Below, one piece after another: positions 28,214 through 36,126 of a stretch of DNA of 42,912 bases. This stretch comes from a virus (taxonomy: Duplodnaviria; Caudoviricetes): the IMG/VR virus record IMGVR_UViG_3300037722_001341, positions 1 to 42,912 of that record, one strand, 5' to 3'. The notes under the pieces were generated by a model that was not told the DNA's origin, did not search any database, and saw only the letters and a program-made list of their open reading frames with translations. Made by a program: the position numbers and the translations under genes. The stretch's first letter is position 1. Each line of letters begins with the position of its first letter.

Positions 28214-28253
28214 CCTGACTCCTACCCCATGCATGGGGATGGCCGGGGAGGGG
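28214..28253 (+). repeat. 40-bp palindromic element, copy B (intergenic)
   Basis: CCTGACTCCTACCCCATGCATGGGGATGGCCGGGGAGGGG. Confidence 0.85.
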
Positions 28254-28266
28254 AGGTTGGGGATAC

Positions 28267-28911
28267 TTAAGCAGCAGGCAGCCCTTGCGTCGTCAGCAGC
28301 GCAATCGCCTCGCGCCGCACCCGCTGCCGCTCGTCCCGTACCAGATAATCCAGCCAGGGGGGCCATTCTCCGCGCGCCCCGAAATGCTGGTAGCAGCCCC
28401 AGCATAATTCCCGGTTGCCCCTCACCTGATTCGTGCACTGCTCCATCCCCTGGCCGGGGCAGGTGCGCGTCACATCCAGCATTTTTCGCCGGATCGCCGC
28501 CTCATCAGGCAGATTGTCCTTATAGACAGACGGGAAATTAACGCTCTTTTTCGCAAAACTGGTCGATTCAATAACCCTCAAGTCCCGATAAATGGTGCTT
28601 TTACTCATCTCCAACGCTTCCGCAACGAATCCGATCACATCTCCCGTCCCACCCGCCACCGCAAGAGTCGCCAGCGGCAGCACCAGCGCCTGGCGACTCA
28701 ATATCCTTAAGCGGGCCTGCGTTTGTCCACGCTCCGTCCACTGCGCCTGCCGCCAGATGTTGTAGAGCGCCTTATACATCGTCGGCCCCCACGCCTCGAT
28801 ATCGCTCCCGGAGTCGAAGGCGAAATGTCCCGGTATGTCGCCTTCCCACAGAGTCGCCTGCTGCCACCATTTATGAGCGCGTGTCACGTTTGTTGGCATA
28901 ATTTCTCGCAT
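28267..28911 (-). CDS. HTH plus four-Cys protein, candidate late-gene regulator
   Basis: VAEALEMSKSTIYRDL HTH; CPG...C...CWGC; last early gene. Confidence 0.65.
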   Translation of the reverse strand: MREIMPTNVTRAHKWWQQATLWEGDIPGHFAFDSGSDIEAWGPTMYKALYNIWRQAQWTERGQTQARLRILSRQALVLPLATLAVAGGTGDVIGFVAEALEMSKSTIYRDLRVIESTSFAKKSVNFPSVYKDNLPDEAAIRRKMLDVTRTCPGQGMEQCTNQVRGNRELCWGCYQHFGARGEWPPWLDYLVRDERQRVRREAIALLTTQGLPAA

Positions 28912-29386
28912 AATCTACACCACTATTTTGATTATACCCTGACTTATCAGAAACCCGCTTATCCCAGGCGATATCCCAAAAACCCCTCGCCTGCTGCTGC
29001 GCCAGCCGGTTGACCAGTTCGTTATCGCTGGTGCCGTTGTGACCCTTGATCCACACGAACCCCACGTGCACGTGCTCGGCCATCAACCTCCGTAACTCGT
29101 CCCACAGATCGCCGTTTGCCACCGTCCGCTGCGCCCCCCGCGCCCCATTGATCACATAGCGGCTGTCGCTATATACCGTCACCTTGCACCGCCGTTTCAA
29201 CGCCATCAACCCCTGGATGACCGCCTGCAATTCCATGCGATTATTTGTCGTGTCCTGCGTATATCCGAACACCTGCTTCCGCTGTCCCCGGAAATCCAGC
29301 AGCGCCGCCCAGCCTCCCGGCCCCGGATTGGGCCAGCAGGCCCCATCCGTCCACAACTTCACATGCTGTGTCCGCCGCCACATCAC
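28871..29386 (-). CDS. rnhA: Ribonuclease HI (copy 1)
   Basis: WTDGACWPNPGPGGWAA, TTNNRMEL, YSDSRY, WIKGH. Confidence 0.93.
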   Translation of the reverse strand: MMWRRTQHVKLWTDGACWPNPGPGGWAALLDFRGQRKQVFGYTQDTTNNRMELQAVIQGLMALKRRCKVTVYSDSRYVINGARGAQRTVANGDLWDELRRLMAEHVHVGFVWIKGHNGTSDNELVNRLAQQQARGFWDIAWDKRVSDKSGYNQNSGVDYARNYANKRDTRS

Positions 29387-30171
29387 ACCTGCTCCAGCAC
29401 CGGGAATTCCTCCCGCCAGGGGATTCCCATCTCCTCGATCAGCGGGCGGATGTTGCCCTTGTAGAACACCGGGATATCATTGATTTCACAGACCTCCAGC
29501 AGATTCAACAAATGATCGGGATCGGGCTGGTAATACTGACGTCCCCGGCTGGCCGCCCCGATCACAAGCCAGTCGATGTCCAGAGCGTACTCGGCCACGA
29601 TCCCAGCCACATCCCACGATAGCGGTTCAACCGATGTCCAGCGCACACCCGCTTTCATCGTGCTCAGGCATTCCAGTGCCCGGTGATACCAACGCCTTTG
29701 TTGGTCTTCGCTTAACCGTTGTCCAAACATGAACGTCGGTGGCGCGCTGACGCCGAGCCAGGCATTTTGCGGCCACTCAAACCAGGATAAGCGCGGTGGA
29801 TTCTTGGTCAGAATAAAAAAGATGTGATCCGGGCATTTTGTCATTGTGGCGATGACCTGTCCTATCCATTCGTCAGGTACGCCCAGGCCGAGCAGATCAC
29901 TCATGCTGTCGATAAAGATACCGGCTGCTGTTTTGTGCCGTCGGATCGCATCCAACTCTTTCAGGTTAAGCTGGAGCGCTTCAAAGCCGCCAGGGTAATG
30001 TGCTTGAGCAATCCCCTCGGCGATGGCCTTCGCATAACAGATCGCGATTTCCCCGTCCGGCATTTCCCACGCGCATCGATGCTCGCAGCCCCGCACGGGA
30101 TTGGCCGTGTAGCCCGTCCCCGGCCCGAAAACATGCGTCCACTCGATTCCTCGTTCGCCCTGCTTATTCAC
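29383..30171 (-). CDS. DUF5131 / phage Gp37-Gp68 family protein (copy 1)
   Basis: IEWT, NPVRGC.H.C...CYA, IFIDSMSDL, LTKNP.R, WLGVS, SVEPL, IDWLVIG. Confidence 0.9.
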   Translation of the reverse strand: MNKQGERGIEWTHVFGPGTGYTANPVRGCEHRCAWEMPDGEIAICYAKAIAEGIAQAHYPGGFEALQLNLKELDAIRRHKTAAGIFIDSMSDLLGLGVPDEWIGQVIATMTKCPDHIFFILTKNPPRLSWFEWPQNAWLGVSAPPTFMFGQRLSEDQQRRWYHRALECLSTMKAGVRWTSVEPLSWDVAGIVAEYALDIDWLVIGAASRGRQYYQPDPDHLLNLLEVCEINDIPVFYKGNIRPLIEEMGIPWREEFPVLEQV

Positions 30172-30219
30172 ATGTCGCCTCCGCTTTGTACTGTGCCACT
30201 CGATTCTTGTGCTTGCCCG

Positions 30220-31029
30220 TCAGTGATAAATAAAGTCAGCAAACTGACCCATCACGTAGCGCTCGCCGTCCTCTAACTCCAGCGCCAGTTGCTCCGATCG
30301 CGGAGGTCGATCCTTCAGACCCAGTCGATCCTCCCGCAGCTCACTCCTGATGAAACCCACCGGGTTGTACAGATTCGTCTGCCCCATCACGTACTCGCAG
30401 ATCGCCACCAACCGTTCCAGGCCGTACCGCCAGATCAGCGTCCGCGCCGTCTTTTCCAGCATTCCCTTCACTCGCAAAATGATCGTCGGTATCTCCCCCT
30501 TGAAAATACCAACAACAACATTTGTATTGTTTGCTGTTTCGTTTGGAGTCTTGTTTGTATTAGAAAGCGACGTTTTGTCGATCCATAGATCGACGATTCC
30601 TTGCATCATGGATCGACAAATTGTCCACACATCATGCACAGCCACCTTCAACAGAGCCGCCAGACGCCGGAAAAACCGCAGCGTGTTCAGCCGGTAATGC
30701 GTCTGCGCCCGCCCCTGGGCACCTTTCACCATGATGTCCACCCCCGCGTGATGCAGAGCACCCTTCGCCCGCGTGATCCTGTGCCGCGGGATCGCCAGTT
30801 CCGCCCACCAGTCGCGATAACTTTTCCATACCCAACCGTCTTTCCTACTCGCTTTGGGCCACCACCGGAACAGGCGCGCCAGCATCATCCCGCTCGTCAA
30901 ATCGCCCGTCAGTCGGGTACAGAGCGCTTCAAGAGTCACGATGTCCTCCCGGCCCAGCAGCTTGACCAGACCCGGCATCCCTTCGCAGATCGCTCGTCGC
31001 AGCTTATCCATTCTCCACATCCTTGCCAT
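30220..31029 (-). CDS. Phage replication initiator-like wHTH protein (copy 1, short)
   Basis: GWVWKSYRDWWAEL...THYRL, NPVGFI; homologous to 34317-35636. Confidence 0.75.
   Translation of the reverse strand: MARMWRMDKLRRAICEGMPGLVKLLGREDIVTLEALCTRLTGDLTSGMMLARLFRWWPKASRKDGWVWKSYRDWWAELAIPRHRITRAKGALHHAGVDIMVKGAQGRAQTHYRLNTLRFFRRLAALLKVAVHDVWTICRSMMQGIVDLWIDKTSLSNTNKTPNETANNTNVVVGIFKGEIPTIILRVKGMLEKTARTLIWRYGLERLVAICEYVMGQTNLYNPVGFIRSELREDRLGLKDRPPRSEQLALELEDGERYVMGQFADFIYH
30510..30620. other. Putative replication origin 1 inside the initiator gene
   Basis: 13-bp inverted repeat TTTGTCGATCCAT(30574-86)/ATGGATCGACAAA(30608-20), an extra GATCGAC, and an adjacent AT-rich tract. Confidence 0.55.
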
Positions 31030-31047
31030 AAGGAACCTTCTCTATGC

Positions 31048-31305
31048 TTAAATTGCGTTTCCTGTGCCATCACCGTCTAGTTTGCTTTTTTTGCGCAACC
31101 TGTACTGGCGATTGTACTCGCGCTTTTCCTCGATGTTGTCCTGATAGCGCTGGCGATTGTACTCGCGCAGCTTCTCAGCGTTGTTCTGATAGTACTGGCG
31201 CTTGTACTCACAGAGTTCCTCGATGTTGTCCTGATAATACTGGCGATTGTACTCGCGCAGCTGCTCAGCATTCTGCTGACGATACTGGCGATTGTACTCG
31301 CGCAT
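31048..31305 (-). CDS. 15-aa repeat helical protein (REYNRQY.Q.N.E.L)
   Basis: Encoded by the 45-bp tandem repeat. Confidence 0.6.
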   Translation of the reverse strand: MREYNRQYRQQNAEQLREYNRQYYQDNIEELCEYKRQYYQNNAEKLREYNRQRYQDNIEEKREYNRQYRLRKKSKLDGDGTGNAI

Positions 31306-31460
31306 TTGCCCATCTTGTACCGATTGGTGCCGGGCTGAATAAGGCCATTAGCCATTGCCGCTCGCAATTCAGGGGGTAGTTCCTTCTGTTTTATATTTGG
31401 CAAGCGCGGGGTATTCCCCCTGTGCCCTTTGCCGTACCCGGTGTTTGCTCTCGTACTCAT
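31077..31460 (-). CDS. Hypothetical ORF whose 3' part overlaps the repeat in another frame
   Basis: RBS GGAG/GAGG before MSTRANTGYGKG. Confidence 0.45.
   Translation of the reverse strand: MSTRANTGYGKGHRGNTPRLPNIKQKELPPELRAAMANGLIQPGTNRYKMGKCASTIASIVSRMLSSCASTIASIIRTTSRNSVSTSASTIRTTLRSCASTIASAIRTTSRKSASTIASTGCAKKAN
31105..31303. repeat. 45-bp tandem repeat, about 4.4 copies, alternating A/B units
   Basis: CTGGCG(A/C)TTGTACTC at 31105, 31150, 31195, 31240, 31285. Confidence 0.9.
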
Positions 31461-31464
31461 CGCC

Positions 31465-31779
31465 TCACTCCTCCTGCTTATCATCACTCAGATCATAGCT
31501 AGCGTACGAAGTCGGTAAATAGAAAGGATCATCTACCCCGGCCACGTTGACCGCGAATGAGGTCAAGCCTTCTGCTACTAATTGACGTATCTCATGTAAT
31601 TGCAATTCGTATGGCTGGTGCAAGTGCATGAGAAGACTATCAATCCTGGTCAAATAGTGATGCTGATCGTGTGCGCATTGCTCATAGTCCGGTCGAAATC
31701 TTTGGATTGGCGTGGTCAGTGCTTCGATAAGTGCATCCTTTTCTGGCCCATCTTCCATCATCTGATTTTTGCCTGTCAT
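31465..31779 (-). CDS. Hypothetical protein
   Basis: RBS GAGG before MTGKNQ. Confidence 0.6.
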   Translation of the reverse strand: MTGKNQMMEDGPEKDALIEALTTPIQRFRPDYEQCAHDQHHYLTRIDSLLMHLHQPYELQLHEIRQLVAEGLTSFAVNVAGVDDPFYLPTSYASYDLSDDKQEE

Positions 31780-31796
31780 CGCCTCACTTCTCCTGC

Positions 31797-32342
31797 TCAA
31801 CAGCTAAAGAGATAATGCAAATGCCTGGGACGGTCCGGACACGGGCACGGATTGGGCGTCCCGTCGGCGAACTCCCCCGCCTCGTCGAACGCCCAGCCAT
31901 GCGCCAGATCGAACGCCCAGCCATGCGCCAGACCGGTCGGTCGCGCCTGGTTGACGAAGAACGTCAGCATACGCAGCGGCATCTCCCCTGGCGCGCACAC
32001 CGAAAGGTACACGGGGCCGACCTCATAGATATGAATCTGCTGCACCGCCTGCCATTCGCCGCCACCGGCGGGGGGAGGGGCTGCTCGTTGTCTCGCCAGG
32101 AGGTCATGCAGCAGCGACCAGCAGCGCACAAACTCATAGCGCTGCGCTTCCATCTCGCCCTCGATATCGGGCGTGTTGTCTAACTGCAACAACTGGTCTG
32201 CCTCGTGCGCCAGCGTGCATATCTCGATCCACTCCAGCGCCAGCGCCACCCGCCCCTGCAGTTGTTCAATTTTTTGGTACAACACAGAAACCCCCTTATT
32301 CAAGGCCCGGCACAAACACCGCCAGACTCGTTCGCATCGCAT
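31797..32342 (-). CDS. Hypothetical protein with LAHGWAFD tandem duplication (start uncertain)
   Basis: Operon-strand ORF; 24-bp tandem repeat near 31888-31935. Confidence 0.55.
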   Translation of the reverse strand: MRCERVWRCLCRALNKGVSVLYQKIEQLQGRVALALEWIEICTLAHEADQLLQLDNTPDIEGEMEAQRYEFVRCWSLLHDLLARQRAAPPPAGGGEWQAVQQIHIYEVGPVYLSVCAPGEMPLRMLTFFVNQARPTGLAHGWAFDLAHGWAFDEAGEFADGTPNPCPCPDRPRHLHYLFSC

Positions 32343-32529
32343 TCAGATCAGCCTCGGTCTTCACCCGCTGTGCATCCGTCTCCAGGTACAACTCCATCGC
32401 CTCGCGCGCGATACAATGCGCCGCCTCGAGCTGATGCTCCAGCCACGTCTGGTAATCGGCCACCTCTTCCTCTGGCCGCCTCGCCATGTCCTCCCGGTAC
32501 TCCCGCCAGAAGCGCTCGTGTGTGCTCAT
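32296..32529 (-). CDS. Hypothetical protein
   Basis: ATGA-coupled to the upstream gene. Confidence 0.65.
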   Translation of the reverse strand: MSTHERFWREYREDMARRPEEEVADYQTWLEHQLEAAHCIAREAMELYLETDAQRVKTEADLNAMRTSLAVFVPGLE

Positions 32530-33086
32530 TTATACCCTTCATCGACGAACACTCCGTCCACAACATTAAGCTGGTCCGGAGCTTCCAACTGCGGAAGATG
32601 TCCCTGAGCCATGAGATATTCCGCAATCGTGTGTTTTCCATCCACCAGCAAGAATTGGATCAGCACCTTGCTGCCGGGGCTGAATATCTCACCGGTGATC
32701 GCAGACTTCAGCCAATCTCGCACATTAAGCAATGCCTGGATTTTTACATCGATCAGCTTTGTCGGCGTTTCTCGATTTTTTATCGGAAGACCGGCAACAT
32801 TGATTCGACCTTCACTTCCCGTCAACAGAAACCGGATCACATACCCATAGCGTTTCGGTTCATCGCCGAAATATCCCTCGGCAAAACTGACATCCCCGGC
32901 TCCGAGCTTGGCGAGTTCATTAATCACCTCGTCCCTCGCCTCCCGTAAGCGCTTGACGCGGTCTCCGCTGTTGCTTCCGGTAGTGTAGTAAGGCGCAAAA
33001 TCAGCCCGTGCGTCCTCGAAGTAAGGCACTTCGATCTCGCTGACCTGGGTTTCTCCTTTCGTCGGTGTAAATGTAAACGTGCTCAT
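32526..33086 (-). CDS. Hypothetical protein
   Basis: RBS GGAGG; coupled at both ends. Confidence 0.75.
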   Translation of the reverse strand: MSTFTFTPTKGETQVSEIEVPYFEDARADFAPYYTTGSNSGDRVKRLREARDEVINELAKLGAGDVSFAEGYFGDEPKRYGYVIRFLLTGSEGRINVAGLPIKNRETPTKLIDVKIQALLNVRDWLKSAITGEIFSPGSKVLIQFLLVDGKHTIAEYLMAQGHLPQLEAPDQLNVVDGVFVDEGYK

Positions 33087-33526
33087 CGTTCCTCCACTCC
33101 AATCATCTGCATCGCCCGATCCCGCTGCTGCTGGGCCAGCCGGTTGACCAGTTCGTTATCGCTGGTGCCGTTGTGACCCTTGATCCACACGAACCCCACG
33201 TGTATGTGCTCGGCCATCAACCCCCGCAGCTCGTCCCACAGATCGCTGTTTGCCACCGTCCGCCGCGCCCCCAGCGCCCCGTTGATCATATAGCGGCTGT
33301 CGCTGTATACCGTCACCTTGCACCGCCGTTTCAAGGCCATCAACCCCTGGATGACCGCCTGTAATTCCATGCGATTATTGGTCGTGTCCTGCGCATATCC
33401 GAACACCTGCTTCCGCTGTCCCCGGAAATCCAGCAGCGCGGCCCAGCCTCCCGGCCCTGGATTCGGCGAGCAAGCGCCATCGGTCCAGATTTTCACCTGC
33501 GGGATTTGTGGCATTCGACGCTCCAT
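33083..33526 (-). CDS. rnhA: Ribonuclease HI (copy 2)
   Basis: WTDGACSPNPGPGGWAA, TTNNRMEL, YSDSRY, WIKGH; TGATG-coupled to the DUF5131 gene. Confidence 0.93.
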   Translation of the reverse strand: MERRMPQIPQVKIWTDGACSPNPGPGGWAALLDFRGQRKQVFGYAQDTTNNRMELQAVIQGLMALKRRCKVTVYSDSRYMINGALGARRTVANSDLWDELRGLMAEHIHVGFVWIKGHNGTSDNELVNRLAQQQRDRAMQMIGVEER

Positions 33527-34320
33527 CAAATCGCCTCCAACACCGGGAATTCCTCCCGCCAGGGCAAGCCTATCTCTTCGACAAGCCAGCGGAGGTTGCC
33601 CTTGTAAAAGACCGGGATATTCCTGGCCTGACATCTGTTCAGCACTTTCTCCAGATGCAATCCTTCAGGCTGGTAATAGTAGCGTCCCCGTGACGCCGCC
33701 CCGATCACCACCCAGTCGAGCAGGTCGGCATACTGCTTGATCAACAGGCTGACATCGAAGCTCAACGGCTCGATGCTCGTCCACTTCACGGTCGCGTTGG
33801 TCTGGCCCAAACATTCCAACGCCTTGTCATACCAGATGTATTGCTGATCATCCGACCAGCGCTTGCCTGTGCCAAACATGTACGACGGCGGGGCACTCAC
33901 CCCCAGCCAAACATTTTGCGGCCACTCGAACCGCCGCAGCCGGGGCGCGTTCTTGGTCAGCAACTGAAACTGGTGCCAATCGGCCCGGCGCATGACATCG
34001 ATCACCTGCTCGATCTGCCAGGCCGGGACATTGCTGCCCATCAAGTCAGACATCGAATCACAGAAAATACCAGCCGGGGTCTTCAGCTTCAACGGCTCAT
34101 CCAGCCGCTCCGGGTGCCAGTAGTGATAATCGAAGCCCTGCGGATAGGCGGCGCTCGCCAGACCCTCGGCGATGGTCTTGGCATAGCACTCCGCGATACT
34201 GCCGTCGGGCATCTCCCACTGGCATTCGTGGAGACAACCGGCGACGGGATTCCAGGTATAGCCTGTATTCGGCCCGTAAACATGCGTCCACTCGATCCCG
34301 CTGCGCCCCTGCTTGTTCAT
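33526..34320 (-). CDS. DUF5131 / phage Gp37-Gp68 family protein (copy 2)
   Basis: IEWT, TWNPVAGC.H.C...CYA, HPERLDEPL, IFCDSMSDL, FQLLTK, SIEPL. Confidence 0.92.
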   Translation of the reverse strand: MNKQGRSGIEWTHVYGPNTGYTWNPVAGCLHECQWEMPDGSIAECYAKTIAEGLASAAYPQGFDYHYWHPERLDEPLKLKTPAGIFCDSMSDLMGSNVPAWQIEQVIDVMRRADWHQFQLLTKNAPRLRRFEWPQNVWLGVSAPPSYMFGTGKRWSDDQQYIWYDKALECLGQTNATVKWTSIEPLSFDVSLLIKQYADLLDWVVIGAASRGRYYYQPEGLHLEKVLNRCQARNIPVFYKGNLRWLVEEIGLPWREEFPVLEAI

Positions 34321-35636
34321 GCCGCCACCGCCTTTTCACGCTCCTCCGCAGTCACGAACGTGATCCGCACCTCCTGCCCGCGCACATCCTTCAGCACTTT
34401 CCAGACATTGCGATACAAGCGGTGCTGCAATTTCTCCTGGGCGAATTCGTTTCGCACCAGCACCGTGAATAGATCGCCCTCGACCGAGACCAGCGTCGCC
34501 CCCCGCAGCCAGGTGTCGAAGGACGCACGGTCAAGCTGCATTTCAAGCTGGTTATACGCCGCCGACCACGATCGACGATCGGCTGCCGGGACTGTGGATA
34601 AGAGCTTTTCCGCCACCCCTCGCCCATCCGCGTCCGTTGATTTACCCTCCCCTCCCCGGCCCTCCCCATGCATGGGGAAGGAGTCAGGCTGGGGTTGACT
34701 TTGTTCTTCGCCAACGTTTCGCTGCGGTGGGGCAGGCGGTTCCAGCGATTCGCTTACGCTTTCAGCCTGGATATCCATCTCCACCACCATCTCGCCCAAC
34801 TGTCTCGTTGGAAAGGACACCTCCAGCCCTCGTTTCAGCGCCGCTACGACAAAGCCCGCCGGATTGCCCAGGTTGGTCTGCTTCCCCGCATAACGGCAGA
34901 CCGCCTCCACTCGCGCCAGGCCATAGCGCCCGACCAACTGGCGCGCTACCCCTTCCAGCAATCCCGTTGTTGTAATCACAAACGGCATCTCTCCCTGGAA
35001 AATATCCTCTTCAACAACAACATGTTTGTTGTTTATATGTAGTAGATCTGTTATGGATTGCAGGGGTGTGCTGCAATCGATTGCAGCACGTGCTGCAATC
35101 GATTGCGGGGTGTGCTGCAATGCTTTGCGCGGATAGACTCTGCGCACCACCTGGCCGATGCTCTGAACCGGCAGCTTCAGGTACCACGCCAGCGCCGCGA
35201 TGAAGGCCTTCAAATCCAACCGGTAATGATTGGTCGGTGCCCCCATCGCCTGCATTGTCTCGATGACCACGCCCACGCGCCGCAGCGCTTCATTCCCCTT
35301 CTGCGACAGCGACCGGCTAATCCCGAGCTCGGCGTCCCAGTCGCGCCACGACTTCCAAATCCACCCGCCTTCCCTGACCGCTTTCGGCCACCAGAAGAGC
35401 AGATTGCGCAGCATCATCCCCGACACCAGGTCGCCGGTGATCTTCGTGCACAGCGCCTCCAGCGTGGCGATGTCGCCCCGGCCCAGCAGCCCTACCAGCT
35501 TCGGCAGAGCCGTACAGAAGTCCTTCACATTCGCATAAATCGTCGTCACCGCTTCAATCCTTTTTGTTAAGCCCTCAGTACCAAAAGGGTAGGGGGTTAT
35601 AACCAACGCTGCGGATTCTCGATCACCAACGTACAT
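34317..35636 (-). CDS. Replication initiator-like protein with C-terminal DnaA domain-I-like module (copy 2, long; start uncertain)
   Basis: N-terminal wHTH homologous to copy 1; C-terminal W...QLEMQLDRASFDTWLRGATL...VRNEFAQEKL. Confidence 0.82.
   Translation of the reverse strand: MYVGDRESAALVITPYPFGTEGLTKRIEAVTTIYANVKDFCTALPKLVGLLGRGDIATLEALCTKITGDLVSGMMLRNLLFWWPKAVREGGWIWKSWRDWDAELGISRSLSQKGNEALRRVGVVIETMQAMGAPTNHYRLDLKAFIAALAWYLKLPVQSIGQVVRRVYPRKALQHTPQSIAARAAIDCSTPLQSITDLLHINNKHVVVEEDIFQGEMPFVITTTGLLEGVARQLVGRYGLARVEAVCRYAGKQTNLGNPAGFVVAALKRGLEVSFPTRQLGEMVVEMDIQAESVSESLEPPAPPQRNVGEEQSQPQPDSFPMHGEGRGGEGKSTDADGRGVAEKLLSTVPAADRRSWSAAYNQLEMQLDRASFDTWLRGATLVSVEGDLFTVLVRNEFAQEKLQHRLYRNVWKVLKDVRGQEVRITFVTAEEREKAVAA
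34649..34688 (-). repeat. 40-bp palindromic element, copy C (in-frame in the initiator linker)
   Basis: Reverse complement CCTGACTCCTTCCCCATGCATGGGGAGGGCCGGGGAGGGG; encodes PDSFPMHGEGRGG. Confidence 0.85.
35010..35122. other. Putative replication origin 2 inside the initiator gene
   Basis: Three 22-23 bp units GATTGC...GTGCTGCAAT at 35056, 35079, 35101 (the middle one a perfect palindrome) next to an AT-rich tract 35010-35055. Confidence 0.7.
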
Positions 35637-35920
35637 TCATGCGCCAGGATCGGCACCCCTCGCTCGTCCAGCAGCGCCAGCACCTCGGCCTTGCCCAGGT
35701 CGAACGTCACCGCCAGTAGGTTGACCAACCGCTCCCGCTCGTCCGGGCGTATCTGCTCCAGGTCGAGTTTATAGACCTCCTGCGGCTCGTCGAACCCCGG
35801 CAGCGTCGCCAGCGCCGGGAACGGACTCTCCACGCACACTTCCAGATGTCCGAACACCGTCATGAACGTCAGCGCCCGCGACGACTCCGGATTGATCTGC
35901 ACCTTAAAATCTTTTCCCAT
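35597..35920 (-). CDS. Hypothetical protein
   Basis: RBS GGAGG; operon strand. Confidence 0.7.
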   Translation of the reverse strand: MGKDFKVQINPESSRALTFMTVFGHLEVCVESPFPALATLPGFDEPQEVYKLDLEQIRPDERERLVNLLAVTFDLGKAEVLALLDERGVPILAHECTLVIENPQRWL

Positions 35921-36113
35921 CGCCCATTCCTCCGTGTTTTCTTCTCCTCATCGCGCTAGCTGGCACGATCATCCGATATTTATACTGCTCCTGAAACCAG
36001 GGCCGGTAGTGATTGCGGTACCGGTACCACCAAAGCCAGGGGAAAGCGCAGGTGATCGGTCGCCGGTCAGCCATCTTGCCGCTGGTAACGTTTTTTCGGG
36101 GCACGCTTGCCAT
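35904..36113 (-). CDS. Hypothetical basic protein
   Basis: RBS AGGAGAAGG. Confidence 0.5.
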   Translation of the reverse strand: MASVPRKNVTSGKMADRRPITCAFPWLWWYRYRNHYRPWFQEQYKYRMIVPASAMRRRKHGGMGDGKRF

Positions 36114-36126
36114 AACCAGCCTTCTC

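Noticed and set aside
31105-31303. Possible CRISPR array (19-bp conserved block with variable intervals)
   Set aside because: The intervals resemble each other, the period is 45 bp (15 codons) with a coherent peptide repeat, and there are no cas genes
31888-31935. 24-bp tandem duplication (LAHGWAFD x2)
   Set aside because: Simple in-frame slippage duplication with no further structure
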